42,157 nucleotides of DNA from Gemmatimonadota bacterium (GTDB lineage: Bacteria; Gemmatimonadota; Gemmatimonadetes; Gemmatimonadales; GWC2-71-9). The translations under genes and the position numbers were made by a program. Positions 26,367 to 35,786 of this stretch are shown here, one piece after another. Under the pieces are notes generated by a model that saw only the letters and a program-made list of their open reading frames with translations, was not told where the DNA came from and searched no databases. The first letter of the stretch is position 1. Every line of letters begins with the position of its first letter. The stretch is from contig JBDHKN010000041.1 of assembly GCA_039586365.1 (NCBI GenBank), positions 1 through 42,157 of the forward strand. Reading direction: 5' to 3'.

Positions 26367-29063
26367 CTATTCCTGCCGTAGGGCCTCTACCGGATCCACG
26401 CTCATGGCGCGCCGCGCCGGGACGTAGCAGGCCAGCATACCTGCGACTCCCAGCAAGAGGATCACCATGGCGTGCGTGGCAAGGTCCGTTGGCTGGATCT
26501 GGAACAGCAGGCTCTCGAGGAACCGAACCAGCCCCCAGGCGACCACCACACCGACGGCCATCCCGATTACGGCCGGTCTGGCACCGCTTCCCATCATCAG
26601 TCTCACGATATCGCCGCGCTGAGCGCCCAGGGCCACTCGCAGGCCGATCTCGCGAGTGCGCTGGCTGACCGAGAGAGAGATTACACCGTAGACTCCGATG
26701 GCGGCCAAGAACAGCGCTAGTGCCGCAAACGAGGTGAGTAGCAGCGCGTTGAAACGCGGCCGCGCGATGTTGTCTGTGAACAGCCGGTCCACCAGCGCGA
26801 CGCGATTGATTGGCAGGTCGGGGTCGACCGCCCAGACCTGTTGTTTGAGCAGCGGCACCACATCCGTCGGGTCGCCGGTTGCCCGCACTAGCAGCGTTCC
26901 CTGCAATGCGTCTCTGTCGCCGAACGGATAGTACAGCTGTAGCCGGTTGGGGTCGTCACTCAAGCCGAACACCTGCATGTTCCCCACCACCCCTACTATC
27001 GTCCTCCACCGCGCGACTGAGTCCGCATCGAACTGCTCACCGAACGGGGACTGCAATCGCAGTCGTTGGCCTAATGCCTCTCCGTCAGGCCAAAACGCCT
27101 GTGCCAGCGTTTGGTTCACGATCACGGGACGCACCTCGCCGCGGTCGTGCCGCGGCGTGAACGCAGTCCCCTCGCGGAGCGTCGCCCCCAGGGTGCGAAA
27201 GTAGTCCAGCGAGACGTAGTTCCCCGCCAGAAGCGGCGACTCGTTGGTCGCCTCTGTTTCCCGGCCCTCGATCACGATCGTGCCGAACAGCCACCCCACA
27301 TCGGGCGGTACATAGCGGCTCCAGGCAATGCTGCCCGCCCCGGGCATCCGCCTCATCCGGTCCGCGACCTCCTCAAAGAACCTCATCCGCTGGAGTCTGT
27401 CAGGATAACGGGTGTCAGGTAGTGTGAGGTCGACTGCAATGAGGTTGGCCGGCTCAAAGCCGGGGTCGACTGCGTTCAATCGCACGAAGCTGTTGAGCAA
27501 CAATCCTGCACCGAGGAATAGCACTAGCGCAATCGCGACCTGCACCGCAACCAAAACTTGCCGAACCAACGCACTTGCTCCCGTCGTAGCTTCGCGCCGG
27601 CCGCCACGACTCAGTGCGCCGGTGATGCCAACGTGACGAAGTGCCACCGCCGGTGCAAAACTGAATACGAGACCGGTCAATAGCGTCACAGCGACGGCGA
27701 ACACCAGTACGGTCGGTTCGATGCGTGCCGCCTTGAGTTCACGCAGGTCGGTCGCGGCGACTCCGCTTACCAGATCGACCCCCCAGACCGCCAGCAATAT
27801 GCCGATCGCTCCACCCATCACGCTGAGCACCATGCCCTCACTCAGCAGCTGCCGTGCCACGCGCAAGCGTCCGGCCCCCAATGCCGTGCGGATGGCGAAC
27901 TCGTGGGTGCGGGCCATACCTCGGCTGATCAGCATGTTGGCGACGTTGGCGCAGGTGATGAGCAACACGAACAACACCGCTGCAAGTAGGATCAACAGCG
28001 TCGTTCGCAGGCGGTGCGACACCATGTCACTGGTGCGGAGCACGGCCGGACGCCACTGGTCGTCCGTGATACCCGCCTCGATCATGTGCGCCTGAATCAC
28101 TTCCAACTCGGCCAGGGCTTCGTTCGCGCTCCTGCCCGGTGCCAGCCTCGCGAGGACGGAGGGGGTGTCCTCCCAGGAATCGGTGGGACCGAGCGTGAGT
28201 GGCAGCCAGAGCTGCTTGCGACCGGCCACGAAGAACGGCGCCGCAAACAGTCGTTCGAGTTGCTCCGGCACGATCCCGACCACTAGGTGCGGCGACCCGT
28301 CTAGCGAGATCGAACGCCCAATGACGTCGGGGTCGGAGCCGAACCGGAGCCGCCAGTAGGGTTCGGAGATGAGTGCCGTCGGTTGGCTGCCCGCCAAAGT
28401 GTCTTCCAACGTGAATTCCCGTCCCATCCGCGGTACCACTCCCAATACTGTCATCAGGCCGGGTGATACTGCGGCGGTCCCCAGCACCTCCGGTTCATCG
28501 CCGCCCGTATACGTCGTCTCCGTCTCTCTGTACAGAACCAATCCGTCAAATGACTCTGCGGACTCGAGCCAGGCCTTCAGCATTTCGGGAGTGGGACTGA
28601 TCGTGATCTGTGCTCCCATCTGCTCGCCCTTCGCCCACAGTGCCACCAAACGGTCGGCATCTCGGAAGGGCAGGGGTCTGAGCAGCGTGCCGTTGACCAG
28701 GCTGAACGTCGCGACGTTGGCGCCGATCCCCAGCGCCACCGTCATTGTCGCTACAAGGGTGAAGCCGGGGGCGCGCGCGAACGTCTTCACTGCGAAGCGT
28801 GCATCTTGCCACAAGGACTCCACTCCGGCGAGATCGATAACTGGCGGCAGCGCGAGCCGCCGTGGGCGCAGCAGGCGGCGTCCCAAGCTGGGGCCGATTG
28901 ACCCGCGCACCTGAGCCCAGTACCAGCGGCGTGCTTCGGTTCGTCCCTGCCGTGCTGCACGCTCAGCATACTCCTCGGCGAGATCCGACAGGGCGTAGCT
29001 GCGGTCGCCGCGGTCCAGCGCGAGGGAGAGGAGTAGTGTGGCTACGCGAGGTGGACGCATCAC
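26367..29063 (-). CDS. ADOP-type duplicated MacB/FtsX ABC permease (orphan)
   Basis: WQDARFA, TVALGIGAN..TFS, LLITCANVANM, EFAIRTALGA, QRTREIGLRVALGA and PARRAMSVDP motifs. Start is GTG 29063 or ATG 29060. Confidence 0.93.
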   Translation of the reverse strand: MMRPPRVATLLLSLALDRGDRSYALSDLAEEYAERAARQGRTEARRWYWAQVRGSIGPSLGRRLLRPRRLALPPVIDLAGVESLWQDARFAVKTFARAPGFTLVATMTVALGIGANVATFSLVNGTLLRPLPFRDADRLVALWAKGEQMGAQITISPTPEMLKAWLESAESFDGLVLYRETETTYTGGDEPEVLGTAAVSPGLMTVLGVVPRMGREFTLEDTLAGSQPTALISEPYWRLRFGSDPDVIGRSISLDGSPHLVVGIVPEQLERLFAAPFFVAGRKQLWLPLTLGPTDSWEDTPSVLARLAPGRSANEALAELEVIQAHMIEAGITDDQWRPAVLRTSDMVSHRLRTTLLILLAAVLFVLLITCANVANMLISRGMARTHEFAIRTALGAGRLRVARQLLSEGMVLSVMGGAIGILLAVWGVDLVSGVAATDLRELKAARIEPTVLVFAVAVTLLTGLVFSFAPAVALRHVGITGALSRGGRREATTGASALVRQVLVAVQVAIALVLFLGAGLLLNSFVRLNAVDPGFEPANLIAVDLTLPDTRYPDRLQRMRFFEEVADRMRRMPGAGSIAWSRYVPPDVGWLFGTIVIEGRETEATNESPLLAGNYVSLDYFRTLGATLREGTAFTPRHDRGEVRPVIVNQTLAQAFWPDGEALGQRLRLQSPFGEQFDADSVARWRTIVGVVGNMQVFGLSDDPNRLQLYYPFGDRDALQGTLLVRATGDPTDVVPLLKQQVWAVDPDLPINRVALVDRLFTDNIARPRFNALLLTSFAALALFLAAIGVYGVISLSVSQRTREIGLRVALGAQRGDIVRLMMGSGARPAVIGMAVGVVVAWGLVRFLESLLFQIQPTDLATHAMVILLLGVAGMLACYVPARRAMSVDPVEALRQE

Positions 29064-29404
29064 CGTCTCGCTCGCCCGGATGCGGCGCCAAGCTCCACTC
29101 CTTCCAGCATGCGACCCAGCATGGTGGCGGAATGGGCCAGTGCGCGCCGGCCCTCTGCGGTGAGGCTGCAGTACTTCCGCGATCGGCCGCCCTGGACAGG
29201 TAGGGGATCGGAAGCTCGGAAGACCACCAAGCCTTTGTCGCCCAAGCGGCCTAGCGTGGCGTAGACCGCCCCTATCGATACCGGTCGACCGGTTCGCCCC
29301 TCGATCTCTTGCCGGATGGTCACGCCGTAGGCGGCGTCACCGAGGCGGGCCAGCGCCAGCATCACGTAGAGTTCGAACTCGGCTAAGAAGGATCCCTTTG
29401 GCAT
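29060..29404 (-). CDS. PadR family transcriptional regulator
   Basis: LAEFELYVMLA, AYGVTI, GAVYATLGRL..KGLV and GGRSRKY motifs. Confidence 0.93.
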   Translation of the reverse strand: MPKGSFLAEFELYVMLALARLGDAAYGVTIRQEIEGRTGRPVSIGAVYATLGRLGDKGLVVFRASDPLPVQGGRSRKYCSLTAEGRRALAHSATMLGRMLEGVELGAASGRARR

Positions 29405-29439
29405 GAGGGTATGTTATACAAATGAATATAAAGGTGCAA
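29405..29439 (-). promoter_or_regulatory. Sigma70-type promoter, probably leaderless, with an overlapping inverted repeat
   Basis: The minus strand reads TTGCAC-17 bp-TAACAT-6 bp-ATG with no SD; TTATA-N8-TATAA at 29414-29431. Confidence 0.65.
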
Positions 29440-29603
29440 GTGCGAGGGCGTTCCTGTTGCCCATCCGACGCGCCTCAGCGCGGCTGAAAAGGGCGACTTG
29501 ACTGGTCTGTCGCTGGAGAGATCATCTGTCCACTCCCGCCGTCTGCCGCCACAGTAGCGACAGCGGTGGGCGTTCGGAGCGCGTCAAACCGCCACCACAG
29601 GCC

Positions 29604-30050
29604 TCAATGTCGCAGCGACAATGAGGCCTTCTTGCGTTTGTTGGGGAATACGAAGCGCTTGAACCGCGGTTCCGGGCCGAAGTTAAGTAGCAGGCCAACT
29701 TCAACGGTCGTAGCCCTGAGGCAGCTGATAAGCCGTGCTTCGTGAGCGGGCTCGATGGCGGCACGGGCCTGCAACTCTACCAAGACTGTGTCGTTCACGA
29801 GCAGGTCGGCACTGAACAGGTCCACCGGAAGGTGCTTGCGGCGGACCGCGATCGGCACCTGGCATTCGGCCTTGAGACCGAGGTGACTCAACTCCTTGGC
29901 GAGTGTGCGCGCATACGCCGACTCCATTAAGCCACCACCCAGTTCTTGGTAGACCGAGTAGAAGGCGGCGAGGACCTTGCCGGTCAGCTCATGGTGCAAC
30001 CGCGGCTGCACGATCCGAGTCATGGGGAACAGCGTTGTCTTAGGTGTCAT
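29604..30050 (-). CDS. GxxExxY protein (PD-(D/E)xK nuclease-like), degenerate
   Basis: ELGGGLMESAY, ADLLVND.VLVELQA and GLLLNFG motifs. Start is ATG 30050 or 30023. Confidence 0.85.
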   Translation of the reverse strand: MTPKTTLFPMTRIVQPRLHHELTGKVLAAFYSVYQELGGGLMESAYARTLAKELSHLGLKAECQVPIAVRRKHLPVDLFSADLLVNDTVLVELQARAAIEPAHEARLISCLRATTVEVGLLLNFGPEPRFKRFVFPNKRKKASLSLRH

Positions 30051-30347
30051 GCACCGAGATTGCGCCCAAACTGCCCGCGATGCACCATCGTTTCGTTGCC
30101 GCTGGGTGCGAAATCGTGCAGGGCGCGCTCTGTTGCCCCGAGGCTCCGTGGGTCCTGGGCGCGACGTGCCCGGAGTCCGACAGCCACGCGCTGTCAGCCG
30201 ATCAGCCCGCCCAATGACCTCGATCCCCCTGCTCGCCACCAACTTGCCGCCGTCGTCCAGTTGGAGGCTGTGCCGACAGCCAGCGAGCGGTTTGCCGCCT
30301 GCGCTCAGGTGACGGTAGGAATCAGGCCAAGGACGGGTGCCGGTCGT

Positions 30348-31586
30348 TCAGCGAGGTTCGAGCCTTCGGAGCCGGCCTGTGATCGCGCGCAGCCGCTCGG
30401 ATTGAGGAACCGGTCTCGCGAGTTCGAGTTCGCGTGCTTTTCGGAGGCTCCCCACCGCCGCAGCCGTGTCCCCCGCCATCTGTTCCAGCCGCCCCAGGGC
30501 AAGGTAGGCCACCGAGGAGTGCGGGAATTCCCTGGCGGCGAGTCGCGCGACCTCTAGTGCGGGCCCGATGTCGGGGAGAGTGAGTGACAAGTAGCGGTAC
30601 ACGGAGAGCGGGATGTCCACGGGGTAGCCGCAACGCCCGGAGAGGTCCTGGAAGAAACCCTCCACTGCCGTCAGACCATCCTCCAGCACCGAGGTCGGGA
30701 CAACCCAGTCGTCCCACACGGCAGTAAGGCCGCCGAAGTAGACCTTGTATGGAACATGACCGTGGTCCTCTGCGGCAATCTCGCTGAAGGTGAAGTCGAG
30801 GTTCGACGGGCCCCGCTTGGTGAGTAGCGGTACGAAGTTGCGCCGAACTGCACCGTCCATATCACCGCCCTCGAGGGTACCGAGCGTGATCACCAGGGGC
30901 TTTGCGGACAGAGCGCCTCCGTTTCCGAGGCGTTGCCGCGTCGCCTTCACCACAACGGAATCATCCCACCACAGGCTCGGGCTGATCGCCAAGTAGCGGG
31001 AGAAAAGGTCCGGCTTCTCGAGGTATGCGTGCACGGTGAACAGCCCGCCAAGTGACCACCCCGATAGAGTGCGGTGTGGGTGAGCACGGTACCTCGATTC
31101 GACCAGGGGAAACAGTTCCTGCTCGAGGAAGTTCTGGAACACCTCCGCTCCGCCACTGGTTGGGAAGCTGAGCCGGCCTTGGGCTTGTTCAGGGGCGTAG
31201 GTAGGCGTGTAGTCCCGTTCCCTGTCGACGTTGGGGATCCCGACCACAATCATCTCAGGAACCGGATGTTGCCCTGCCTCGTACCCCAACTCGGAGTGGA
31301 ACTGAACGGCAGAGGACGCCTGCTGGAAGAAGTACTCTCCGTCGAGCACGTATAGGACAGGGTACTTGCGAGTCGTTTGCTCGTATTCCTCGGGTACCCG
31401 CACGAGTATCGTGCGTTCTTCACTCAGTACTGCGGGGCGAAAGGTGATCTTCTCTGTACCCTGCACCTGCTCCACCGCTTGCTCGGTTTGGGCGGTTGAG
31501 AGCCCCGGTGTGATAAGGGCAAGGGCGCTCGACAGGACGGTCAAGCGCAGCAACGTGGGCTTCATTCGGTTCCTACGGTCGGTCAT
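30348..31586 (-). CDS. Exported alpha/beta-hydrolase esterase (IroE/Fes-like) with TPR-like tail
   Basis: YPVLYVLDG, IVVGI, R.RDYTP, GGAE.F, nucleophile elbow GWSLGG, SPSLWW and EDHG motifs; signal peptide. Start is ATG 31586 (GGAGG) or 31565. Confidence 0.87.
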   Translation of the reverse strand: MTDRRNRMKPTLLRLTVLSSALALITPGLSTAQTEQAVEQVQGTEKITFRPAVLSEERTILVRVPEEYEQTTRKYPVLYVLDGEYFFQQASSAVQFHSELGYEAGQHPVPEMIVVGIPNVDRERDYTPTYAPEQAQGRLSFPTSGGAEVFQNFLEQELFPLVESRYRAHPHRTLSGWSLGGLFTVHAYLEKPDLFSRYLAISPSLWWDDSVVVKATRQRLGNGGALSAKPLVITLGTLEGGDMDGAVRRNFVPLLTKRGPSNLDFTFSEIAAEDHGHVPYKVYFGGLTAVWDDWVVPTSVLEDGLTAVEGFFQDLSGRCGYPVDIPLSVYRYLSLTLPDIGPALEVARLAAREFPHSSVAYLALGRLEQMAGDTAAAVGSLRKARELELARPVPQSERLRAITGRLRRLEPR

Positions 31587-31668
31587 CGCTCCTCCCGCAA
31601 AGGGCAGGGCAATTGATCGAACCTCCGTGGTCAACAGCGCGGCGGCGCCTCGAGAGTACGCCATGGAC

Positions 31669-32313
31669 TCACCCACCGATGTGGGCTCCCAGAAAAACGG
31701 CGACCGGGTTGATTCGGACGTCCTGCTGTATGCCACCGGGCGGCGCGGTGAGTTCGATCTGCGTGTATTTGAGTCGCAGGACCTGGACGCCCCCGTCCAG
31801 GGCTATGGGTGCGAGTAGCGGGACGCGAATGCCGGCCATTCCCGAGAGGTAGAAGCCAGTATTGGTCATGCCGCCCGTGGCCTTCTGGCCACCTACTCCT
31901 GCCGCCAGGTAAGGCTCTGGAGATCGTCCCGACTTGGCCAGCGGGTAGAGGACTGCCGACAGGCCGCCGAGGATGAGCCTCAGGTCTTCGTCTTGGGCAG
32001 GTGCGACCTGCGTGAACTGTTGGGGCAAGACGCCGACGGTACCTCGCACGGCGAGGTGCTTCCTCCTCAGTTCCAGGCTTCCCTGGAACAGCATCCGCTC
32101 CTCGAAAGTGCCTCGGATCGTTTCCCAGGTAACTCCGCCTGCGGCGGAGTAGATCGGGTGTGAGATACTCCAATCCGTCCCGTTCAAGACGATGGCCGTC
32201 GAGAGCTGCGCCGAGAACCTCCACGAATCCGCACCCGCTGCTTGAGCGGATGTTTCACTCGTCCACACCAGGCAAATGACGGAGGCTATGATGGGGAGTT
32301 TTCCGAGCAGCAC
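31669..32313 (-). CDS. Exported protein, probable small outer-membrane beta-barrel
   Basis: GTG 32313 after GGAGA; signal peptide; amphipathic strands including PYLAAGVG. Confidence 0.65.
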   Translation of the reverse strand: MLLGKLPIIASVICLVWTSETSAQAAGADSWRFSAQLSTAIVLNGTDWSISHPIYSAAGGVTWETIRGTFEERMLFQGSLELRRKHLAVRGTVGVLPQQFTQVAPAQDEDLRLILGGLSAVLYPLAKSGRSPEPYLAAGVGGQKATGGMTNTGFYLSGMAGIRVPLLAPIALDGGVQVLRLKYTQIELTAPPGGIQQDVRINPVAVFLGAHIGG

Positions 32314-32534
32314 AGTCTCTCCGTTGCGGTTGGCGGGCAGCGTTCCGACCGGTCGAGCGAAACACGCTCTGCTTCGCAATCGGAGGCGTCCCAGTGAACA
32401 CGTTGCTGGGCGCTTTCTCTACCAACCGGACGCCGTGCGGTTGTTGGCTGACGAAGTCGCTGCAGCAACATGTTGGAGTTCGCCGGCGGACCCCCGTTGC
32501 AGCCTCTTGAAACCTTTTCTCCAACATCAACGTC

Positions 32535-32557
32535 TTACATATATGTAATTGACATAT
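32535..32557. promoter_or_regulatory. Overlapping palindromes upstream of padR copy 3
   Basis: Perfect 14-bp palindrome TTACATATATGTAA (32535-32548); ATATGT-N5-ACATAT (32541-32557) overlaps TTGACA (32549-32554). Confidence 0.65.
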
Positions 32558-32583
32558 GTTATTCATCGAGTGAAAGCTTCGCT

Positions 32584-32943
32584 ATGGCCAATATTGACAA
32601 TGAGTTACAGGATCCAGCCGAGTTTCTGCCCCTGAGCCCGCAGGACTTCCAGGTGCTCATGGTGCTGTTCGACCAGCCACTGCACGGCTACGGAATCGTC
32701 AAGGCTGCGACCGATGGTTCGACCAAGCCGGTGCTCGACCTGGGATCGCTGTATCGCATCATCAGCCGCCTGATCAAGCGGGGTCTCGTCGTCGCCGCGC
32801 CGGTCGAGCAGCCGAGCTCGAAACGGCAGCGCCGCTACTATCGAGCGACCGACCTGGGGAGACGGGTGGCGCGGGCAGAGGCTGTCAGACTGCGCGAGCT
32901 GCTCCAGTCCGAACAGGCGGAACTGCTGTGGGAGAAATCGTGA
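32584..32943 (+). CDS. PadR family transcriptional regulator
   Basis: LPLSPQDFQVL, HGYGI, GSLYRII.RL...GLV and RRYYRATDLG motifs; start ATG 32584. Confidence 0.9.
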   Translation: MANIDNELQDPAEFLPLSPQDFQVLMVLFDQPLHGYGIVKAATDGSTKPVLDLGSLYRIISRLIKRGLVVAAPVEQPSSKRQRRYYRATDLGRRVARAEAVRLRELLQSEQAELLWEKS

Positions 32944-35672
32944 AGCGGCACCCGGGCACGCACGGGTTGAGTGGGGCCTGGATCCGAACGCTGATCGGAA
33001 CCTTTCCGGCCGATTTCAGGCGGGACTACGGCCGAGACTTGCTGGGCGCGTTCTTGGACCAGAGAGACGACGCCGTGAACGCAGCACGCTCGAGGCTAGT
33101 GGCCGCAGCGACAGTGGCGCTGATTACTTTCGCGACGAGTTGGCGCGTTGTGCGGGCTGGGATTGCTGAACGGCGATCACAGGCAAGCAAGAGACAGCCG
33201 GTCGAACGACAGCGCAGGAGAGAACCCATGCTGACAACCATGCTGGCAGACCTGAGATACGCAGTGCGCGGACATCTCAGACGGCCGGGCTTCGCCGTGA
33301 TCGCGATCGGTACGCTGGCACTGGGGATCGGTGCCAGCACGGCCATCTTCAGCGTGGTGAACGGTGTGCTGCTGCGTCCACTGCCGTACCAGGATTCGGA
33401 GCAACTCACCTCGATTCAGGTAAACAGTGGCATCGGTGCGAGTGATGGCTTCTACGACTTGTCGGAGCCTGAATTCCTCGACTTCGGCACGCAGATCTCG
33501 TCGTTCTCGCAGGTGGCCGGTTACAGCGGTACAGAGGTCACGCTGGGCGACTCCGTCGCGGCACGCCGCATTCGTATGCTGCGAACGACCGCAAACCTGT
33601 TCCGGTTGCTCGGGGTGAGTCCCCTGATCGGTCGCACGTATGCCGCCGACGAGGATAAACCGGGCGGTCCGCGAGTTGTCGTGCTGAGCTATGGCATGTG
33701 GCAGAGTGAGTTCGCTGGCGATCCGGCTGTAGTCGGCCGGTCGGTGATCATTGCCGATCAACCGGTGCCGATTGTAGGTGTAATGCCCGCCGGTTTCGAG
33801 TTTCCCACCCCCGGTGTGGATGCCTGGGCTCCGCTGCAACTCGACCGCGAGAGTCCCTGGGAACGCAACAACCACTATCTGCCAACGATCGCACGGTTGG
33901 CTCCGGGTGCCACGCTCGAGACCGCCCAGAACGAGATTGACGTGCTCGCAGCACGATCTACTGCGGATTACCCCAGCTACTATCCCAATACGGGCCTGCG
34001 AGTCAGGCTGCAGTCGTTCCAAGACGCCATCGTCGGCAACGCCAAGACCCCAATGTACATACTGTTGGGTGCCGTGGGTTTCGTATTGCTCACGGCGTGC
34101 GTCAACGTTGCCAACCTGCTACTGGCGCGCGGTGAAGTCCGCAAACGCGAGATCGCAATCCGCGCCGCCATTGGGGCGTCAGGTGGCCGAGTCACCCGTC
34201 AGCTGCTGACCGAGAGTTTCTTGCTGGCGGCAGTGGGAGGAATCGCCGGATTGGTGGTTGCCGTAGTCGGTGTCGATGCGCTGCTCGCGATGGGTCCGAA
34301 CAGCGTGCCCCGCCTGGGCGAAATCCGCATCGATCGGTTGGTACTGGTCTTCTCCGTCGCGACCGCGATCGTGACGGGTTTGTTGTTTGGAGTCGTTCCG
34401 GCACTGCATGCCACCAGGCACGATGTACAAGAGGTACTCAAGGAGGGTGGGGGTGCTCGCGGCGGCACTCGTTCGGGACATGCGTTGCGGCGTTTCCTGG
34501 TCGCGACTCAGGTCACTTTGGCCGTGGTATTGGTCACCGGTTCCGGACTCATGCTGCGCAGCGTGCTCAACATGTACAACGTGGACATGGGTTTCGACAC
34601 GAAGAACGTACTCACGTTCCGCCTCAACCCGTCGCCCAACAAGTACGACTCTCAGGAATCGCGGGTAGCCTTCTACCGTGAGTTGCTGCAGCGCCTTAAC
34701 ACTCTGCCCGGTGTAATCTCGGCGGGTGCGACCTATTCGTTGCCACTAACCAGCGGAAGCAACAACTGGTCGATCATCATCGAGGGACACCCCGTCGCGA
34801 ACGTCGGTGAGGCGCCGGCAGATCTGGTGCAGCGTGTCACTCCGGAATACTTCGACGCGCTCGGACTGACACTCCTGCGGGGCCGGCTCTTCACTGCCGC
34901 AGACGATGCGGGGTCGCCACCGGTGGTCGTCATCACCGAGAGTATGGCTGAGAAACACTGGCCGGGTGAGGATGCTATAGGTAAGCGCATGAAGGTGTTT
35001 GTCGACGGGTGGCCGTGGATCGAGGTGATCGGAGTGGTGAAAGACGTGCGCCACCAGGCCCCAAACCAAGATCCCCGCCCCCGTTGGTTTGTGCCCCATG
35101 CGCAAGCCTACGTATCGGCCTACTCGTCACCCTTGCCGCTGACGCTAACAGTCCGCTCAGACGCCGACCCGACACTGCTGATGGGAGCGATCAGGACTCT
35201 CATCGCGGAGTTCGACAGCAGTGTCCCGATTTCCAATATCCAGACCATGGAGCAGGTCTTCGCCAGCGCCTTGGGAGGCCAGCGGTTCGTGACTACCGTG
35301 CTGTCTCTGTTTGGACTGCTGGCGTTGTTCCTGGCGGTGGTAGGAGTCTACGGGGTCGTCTCTTATGCAGTGTCGCAACGAACCCACGAGATCGGTCTCC
35401 GCCTGGCGCTCGGTGCCGCGGGCAAGCGTGTGCTGGTCCAGGTAGTTCGTGACGGCCTCATACTCTCACTCATCGGGGTGGCAGTAGGGCTGATGGGTGC
35501 TGTGGCGCTGTCGCGCGGATTCAACTCGCTGGTGTTTGGCATTACGCCGACCGATCCAGTAACGTATGCGGGCGTGGCCATCGTATTGGTGATCGCGGCA
35601 GTCGGTGCCTCGTTGATACCGGCGCGAAGAGCGAGCAGGGTGAGCCCGATGGTGGCATTGCGAGACGAGTAA
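32940..35672 (+). CDS. ADOP-type duplicated MacB/FtsX ABC permease (orphan)
   Basis: GTGA overlap; DLRYAVR, TLALGIGASTAIFSVVNGVLLRPLPY, ACVNVANLLLAR, QRTHEIGLRLALGA and PARRASRVSP motifs. Confidence 0.93.
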   Translation: MKRHPGTHGLSGAWIRTLIGTFPADFRRDYGRDLLGAFLDQRDDAVNAARSRLVAAATVALITFATSWRVVRAGIAERRSQASKRQPVERQRRREPMLTTMLADLRYAVRGHLRRPGFAVIAIGTLALGIGASTAIFSVVNGVLLRPLPYQDSEQLTSIQVNSGIGASDGFYDLSEPEFLDFGTQISSFSQVAGYSGTEVTLGDSVAARRIRMLRTTANLFRLLGVSPLIGRTYAADEDKPGGPRVVVLSYGMWQSEFAGDPAVVGRSVIIADQPVPIVGVMPAGFEFPTPGVDAWAPLQLDRESPWERNNHYLPTIARLAPGATLETAQNEIDVLAARSTADYPSYYPNTGLRVRLQSFQDAIVGNAKTPMYILLGAVGFVLLTACVNVANLLLARGEVRKREIAIRAAIGASGGRVTRQLLTESFLLAAVGGIAGLVVAVVGVDALLAMGPNSVPRLGEIRIDRLVLVFSVATAIVTGLLFGVVPALHATRHDVQEVLKEGGGARGGTRSGHALRRFLVATQVTLAVVLVTGSGLMLRSVLNMYNVDMGFDTKNVLTFRLNPSPNKYDSQESRVAFYRELLQRLNTLPGVISAGATYSLPLTSGSNNWSIIIEGHPVANVGEAPADLVQRVTPEYFDALGLTLLRGRLFTAADDAGSPPVVVITESMAEKHWPGEDAIGKRMKVFVDGWPWIEVIGVVKDVRHQAPNQDPRPRWFVPHAQAYVSAYSSPLPLTLTVRSDADPTLLMGAIRTLIAEFDSSVPISNIQTMEQVFASALGGQRFVTTVLSLFGLLALFLAVVGVYGVVSYAVSQRTHEIGLRLALGAAGKRVLVQVVRDGLILSLIGVAVGLMGAVALSRGFNSLVFGITPTDPVTYAGVAIVLVIAAVGASLIPARRASRVSPMVALRDE

Positions 35673-35786
35673 CTGCGGCCGCTCGTCAGTCTTCAATCGT
35701 CAATCGTGGGGCAGCTACCGTCGCTGTCCTGACTTTCCGCCTTGCGCCGCCTGCGGCCCTAACCGGTCCTCACACCCTGTTCTCGG

